From Podarcis bocagei (lineage: Eukaryota), in assembly GCA_964188305.1 (NCBI GenBank), contig OZ076889.1: a DNA stretch of 64,000 nt, one strand, 5' to 3'. Each line of letters starts with the position of its first letter. Positions within the stretch are counted from its first letter, which is position 1. This document shows positions 59,942-64,000 of this stretch, one piece after another. The position numbers and the translations under genes were made by a program. The notes below the pieces were generated by a model. The model ran no database searches, was not told the origin of the DNA, and saw nothing but the letters and a program-made list of their open reading frames with translations.

Positions 59942-61554
59942 AGCTAGATGGCATGACCTGGCAGACTTTGCTGTACTCTGGGGAAGCTGAGAGCAGTTGA
60001 CCCAGGAAACTTCATTTACCTCCATCTCCAAACTTCCTTACAATTGTGATAAGGATCCTCATATGGTATAAACAGGTGCTGTTCAACTCATTTCAAGCTC
60101 TCAATACTTCCAGCAAGATTACCGGTATCTCAGTTTGTACCAGCTAAGTATCCAGTACTGCTAATGTTACATACTAGTGTTGAGAAGGGTGTTTTAAATG
60201 GTTCATGAAATATGAATGGTTTGTCTTAGAAAGTGCCCTTGCGCTTCATTTAGGGGGTGTAGAAATAACCCCCCTCCCCTTAATGGAATCCTGCTCTGAA
60301 AGAAACAAGTGTCAATGTATTATTTGTCACAGAAACAAGATCTCTGATATTTGTTGTCCACTAAGGCTTGACTTTCCAAAGACTGCCATAGATTCCATCT
60401 TTTTCATCACTGGAATAAATTCTAGCTGGCCTTAACTGGCCTTATTAACCTTTGTTCTTCATTGGGTACATGACATTTTGATTTGCTTTCTCAGGCCAGA
60501 AAATGTTTTTAATAATAATAATTCTGTATTTTTCTTGACTAAGACAACATAGCGGGAAAGGTACAAAAGTGATGTTACTCGGTCTCACTCCTTCAATGTT
60601 CCTGCTCAAAAGATGTTGCCCTTTGCATGTAGTTGTATGAAAACATGGGGAGCAAAGGACAGTCCTTTGGGGCCAAGTTGTTCATTGTAATCAATATTAT
60701 TCATACTTCCCTGGCAAGCAAGAATGTCTGGGTTTTTCAAGCAGATGGCATTGTGATTAGCCAGGCAGGCCCCATTTCTGGCTGGACCCCATTACTCTTA
60801 GCCTGCCCCCAATCTCTCCCTCCTGCCACAAAGCAGCATCATAAGACATCTTGGCCTATAAGGTTGTGCTGTGAAGGGGAGGAGCCTGTGGCATCATTAT
60901 CAAAAGTGACAGTTTTATTGGTGCTTTGGCTGGAGCTAAGAGTCCCTGCTGTGGCATTGACTTCTGAAGGTTGGGTTTTGAGAGCTGTTTTTTCCACACA
61001 TCTACGGAAGATATTTATCAGAACACAAAATGGGCCATGAGGCACAGGGCAACGACAGAGTTCATACTTCTTCTGGAATTACACTAACTCTAGTTAGGAA
61101 GTCCCTCAGCACAACAGAAATTGATTCCTCCATACAAAATGCAGAGAAAGCAGCTTTGGCTGCAGGAAGCCAGCTGACTTTGGAGTAACAGTAGGAATTG
61201 GCGCTTTGTGCTGGGAAGGAGCCCTGTCCCCCTGCCGCGATGAACAAAGGCATGGCATGCTAGAGACTCACACAAACAGCTGTAATCATGGACATGAAAC
61301 ATTGCAGCAGTCTGCTCAGCAGGAGAGAGCAGAGTTTAAAAGCCCCAAATGAAAGCAGATCTCCCACCTTAATTTCTGCTGCTCACAGCCAGACATAATT
61401 TTGCATCCTGACTCACTTGCGGACTGTGAAGAACAGTAAAGGCAGAGCTGTGTAGTGGGCATAGCTCACCAGGAATTCATGCAGAGGTTCTTTGCTCACA
61501 CTTTGCCTGCCACTAGAAGGCAAATGTTTCAGCTGTAGCAGAGATACTAGGATC

Positions 61555-61730
61555 TGACAGTGTTGGCCAGTGTGATATTGTGGTAATTGTGTCAGACTAG
61601 GCACAGACAAGGGGAGATCTAGGGTCAGTTCCCCACTCAGCCATGAAGTTCACTAGGTGGCCTCGATCTAGTCATGCTCTGTCAGCCTAAACTGTATTGC
61701 AGACTTGTTGTGAGGAGAAACATTGGGGTG
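61555..61730 (+). mobile_element. MIR-like SINE
   Basis: ggccagtgtgatattgtggt...ccccactcagccatgaagttcactaggtg...cagcctaaact...ttgttgtgagg. Confidence 0.65.
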
Positions 61731-61954
61731 TGTGGGTGTATGTCCCTTAGGTTCCTTGGAGTAACAGAAGGGTGGGAATGAGATAATAAATTAAGCTGCT
61801 AGACTGCTTTTGTTGCATTGCATATTGCATAGAAACAGGAGGAGGAGGAACAATACCCGAAAAGGCCTGCCTCCACCAAAATGACACTTCCACACCTGGA
61901 ATATACCCCAGGCCAAATGGAGACAATTGCAACAATGTGGTGATGGGGGTTTTC

Positions 61955-62003
61955 CTTCCTCTTCCTCTTCCTCTTCCTCTTCCTCTTCCTCTTCCTCTTC
62001 TTC
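61955..62003. repeat. (CTCTTC)n polypyrimidine microsatellite
   Basis: About 7 units of the hexamer. Confidence 0.9.
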
Positions 62004-62439
62004 TTTTCTCTGCACAGAGAAATGTAACAGAAAAGGTAACAACGTGCTTAGTAAGAGTGGCAATCATGTTAGCTACTGTTGCTGTTCAAGTAGATGGGGG
62101 GCAGCCCTAGAAACTACACTGAGGACTCAGCTATACAGCAGTAAATAAAATCTTTTAAGTGTGTTATAAAGTGCAATATACAAATGTGACTCTAGATTGC
62201 AATGGTGAGCTATGACAAATTCAGTATATTTTTCAAAAAAAAAAAAATTTAAAAAGCACTTTCACAGCGTTTTTTTATATGTGTGTAGATTCTACCTGAG
62301 TGCATAAAAACACCGAAAGAGGAAACGAGCATGCCAGCAATGCATATACAAGCCACAGGAAGAGGCTTCAATGACTCTTTGTGTAATCAAGAAAGTGCAT
62401 GATCTAGAAAACAGGAACAAGCACACTACATATGTGAAA

Positions 62440-63340
62440 TTAAGGTGTTTCCCCACTCCTGTAATGTGCATCACTTTACACTTGCTTACACTGAATTGTA
62501 TTTCCAATTTTACTACTCATTTTCCCAGTTTGGAGAGATCCTACTGGAGCTCTTCACAATCTTGGTTTGCTTTGTTTTAACCACCCTAAACAATTTGGTA
62601 TTGTCAGCAGGTTTCCTCACTGCTCCTGAACTCTAGGTCATCTATGGACAAGTTTAAAAGCACAGGTTCCAATGGTGATGCTTGGGAGCCTCTGCTTTCT
62701 ACATCCCTCCATAAAGAGAAGGGTCTGTTTATCCATACTCTCTGCTTCATGTTTCTTAACCAGTTACTGATCCTCTCTTATTCCACAGCTGCTAAGCTCA
62801 GGATTCTGTGGTGAGATGAGGTACTTTGTCAAAAGCTTTCTGAGAGTCTATCTCTATGCCTGTTGACATTATTGAAGAACTCTGATAGGTTATTAAGGCA
62901 GGACTTTCTCTTGTGGAAGCCATGCTGGTTCAACTTCAGCAAGGGTAGTTCTTCTGTATGATTGGTAATTTTGTAGAACAATGTTTTCTACCAGTTTCCC
63001 CAGATGTTGAGCGAAACAATCTGAATACGATATGAAAAATGGATGTTACATTGGTCACTTTCCAGTTCGCAGGTGTGGAGACTGATCTTAGGGGCAAGTT
63101 ATGTGTTTTTGTTATAAAGTCAGCAGTTTCACATTTGAGTTCTTTAAGAACTCTCCAGTGATGGCTACCTGGATGCAGTGATTTGTCACCTTTTATTTTG
63201 ACAAAAAGACATTGAACGTCATCTCTTGACATCACATCTCTTGACATTTGCCTCAGTTTCTCAGACTCCCTTGCTGTGAAAGTTAGGCACACGGATGTGC
63301 CTTATAAGTGAAGACAAATGCAAAGAATTAATTCGGCTTA
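62440..63340 (-). mobile_element. CR1 LINE ORF2 (reverse transcriptase) fragment, degraded
   Basis: Minus-strand remnants include PGSHHWRVLKELK, PANWKVTNVTSIF, QHGFHKRKSCLNNL, KAFDKV and QFSVSKCKVMH, with frameshifts. Confidence 0.85.
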
Positions 63341-64000
63341 CTTCATAAAGTTCACGTAGGATAGTGGTTGCTCCACCATTCAGAACAGATGGGAATCAAC
63401 TTTACCCCAAGTATCTAAGTGGAGATGGCTAATTTAAAGGGGTTGTGCTTAGAGACTGGGGCAATTGTTCCACAACCCCATGAAGTATTATGAAATCAAT
63501 ATTTGCCTTCATATCACAGGGCTGATGAGTCTCCTCTTGAGCTAAAATCAATGATCCAATGCAATGACTAGATGTTAACTGAGGCCAAGCAGTAAAAATG
63601 AAAAGCTCTGCAAGGCTCATCACCAACTTGGTAAAATTGTTAGGTACACTGATTTGTTAAATAAAGCATCGAATTATTCTGAGAGAAATGGTGTACACGT
63701 GTGCGTGTGCGTGTGTGCTTGTGCTTATTTCAGATTTGTTCCAGTTATTCATTTTCTGAAACATCTTGCATACTATGGAGCTTCTGCCAAGAGTATGAAT
63801 TCTTCAATAGTATGTAGAATGGAAAGGCCATCAGCTTTGGAGGCAGGGTGTCAAAGCAGGGTGAACTATTGTTATTTTTTAATTGCTTTAGAATTTAAAT
63901 ATGCTTTTATTTTTATTCTAAGTTTCCGTTACCTTGTGAATAGCAGAAACTTATGCATGTATATTCAGTAGCAAGTCCCATTGAAACCTCTCAAGTAACT

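Noticed and set aside
57114-64000. Search for KCNC4 exon 2 (S1-S6 and pore)
   Set aside because: No transmembrane or TxGYG-coding frame was seen; it presumably lies beyond the window.

Overview
This is vertebrate genomic DNA, almost certainly from a squamate reptile. The repeat complement (BovB/RTE, CR1, L2, tRNA-headed CR1-tailed SINEs, abundant hAT and Tc1/mariner MITEs) suggests a lizard, possibly a lacertid; that assignment is inference. The window holds the complete SLC6A17 gene (NTT4/XT1, synaptic-vesicle neutral amino acid transporter) on the + strand: a CpG-island promoter and probable non-coding exon 1 at about 10.7-11.8 kb, then 11 coding exons from 22849 to 38030. All coding introns are GT-AG with consistent phases, giving 2178 nt and 725 aa. 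A probably long 3' UTR follows. Downstream on the + strand lie the CpG island and first coding exon of KCNC4 (Kv3.4; 56481-57113), the same gene order I recall from mammals. I found no prokaryotic-type system, CRISPR array or genuine RNA gene, and I cannot claim a wholly new biological system. The best leads are regulatory and structural: (1) paired REST/RE1 sites in SLC6A17 intron 1; (2) a translation-initiation layout in KCNC4 (weak first AUG, out-of-frame AUG, strong Met29, and a uORF beginning MISS) that could tune N-type inactivation; (3) an ATF4-type element plus a single short uORF in SLC6A17; (4) inverted transposon copies, a nested hairpin and a G-quadruplex in the putative 3' UTR; (5) a 68-bp templated duplication abutting a perfect 27-bp hairpin; (6) several young transposon insertions with intact target-site duplications.
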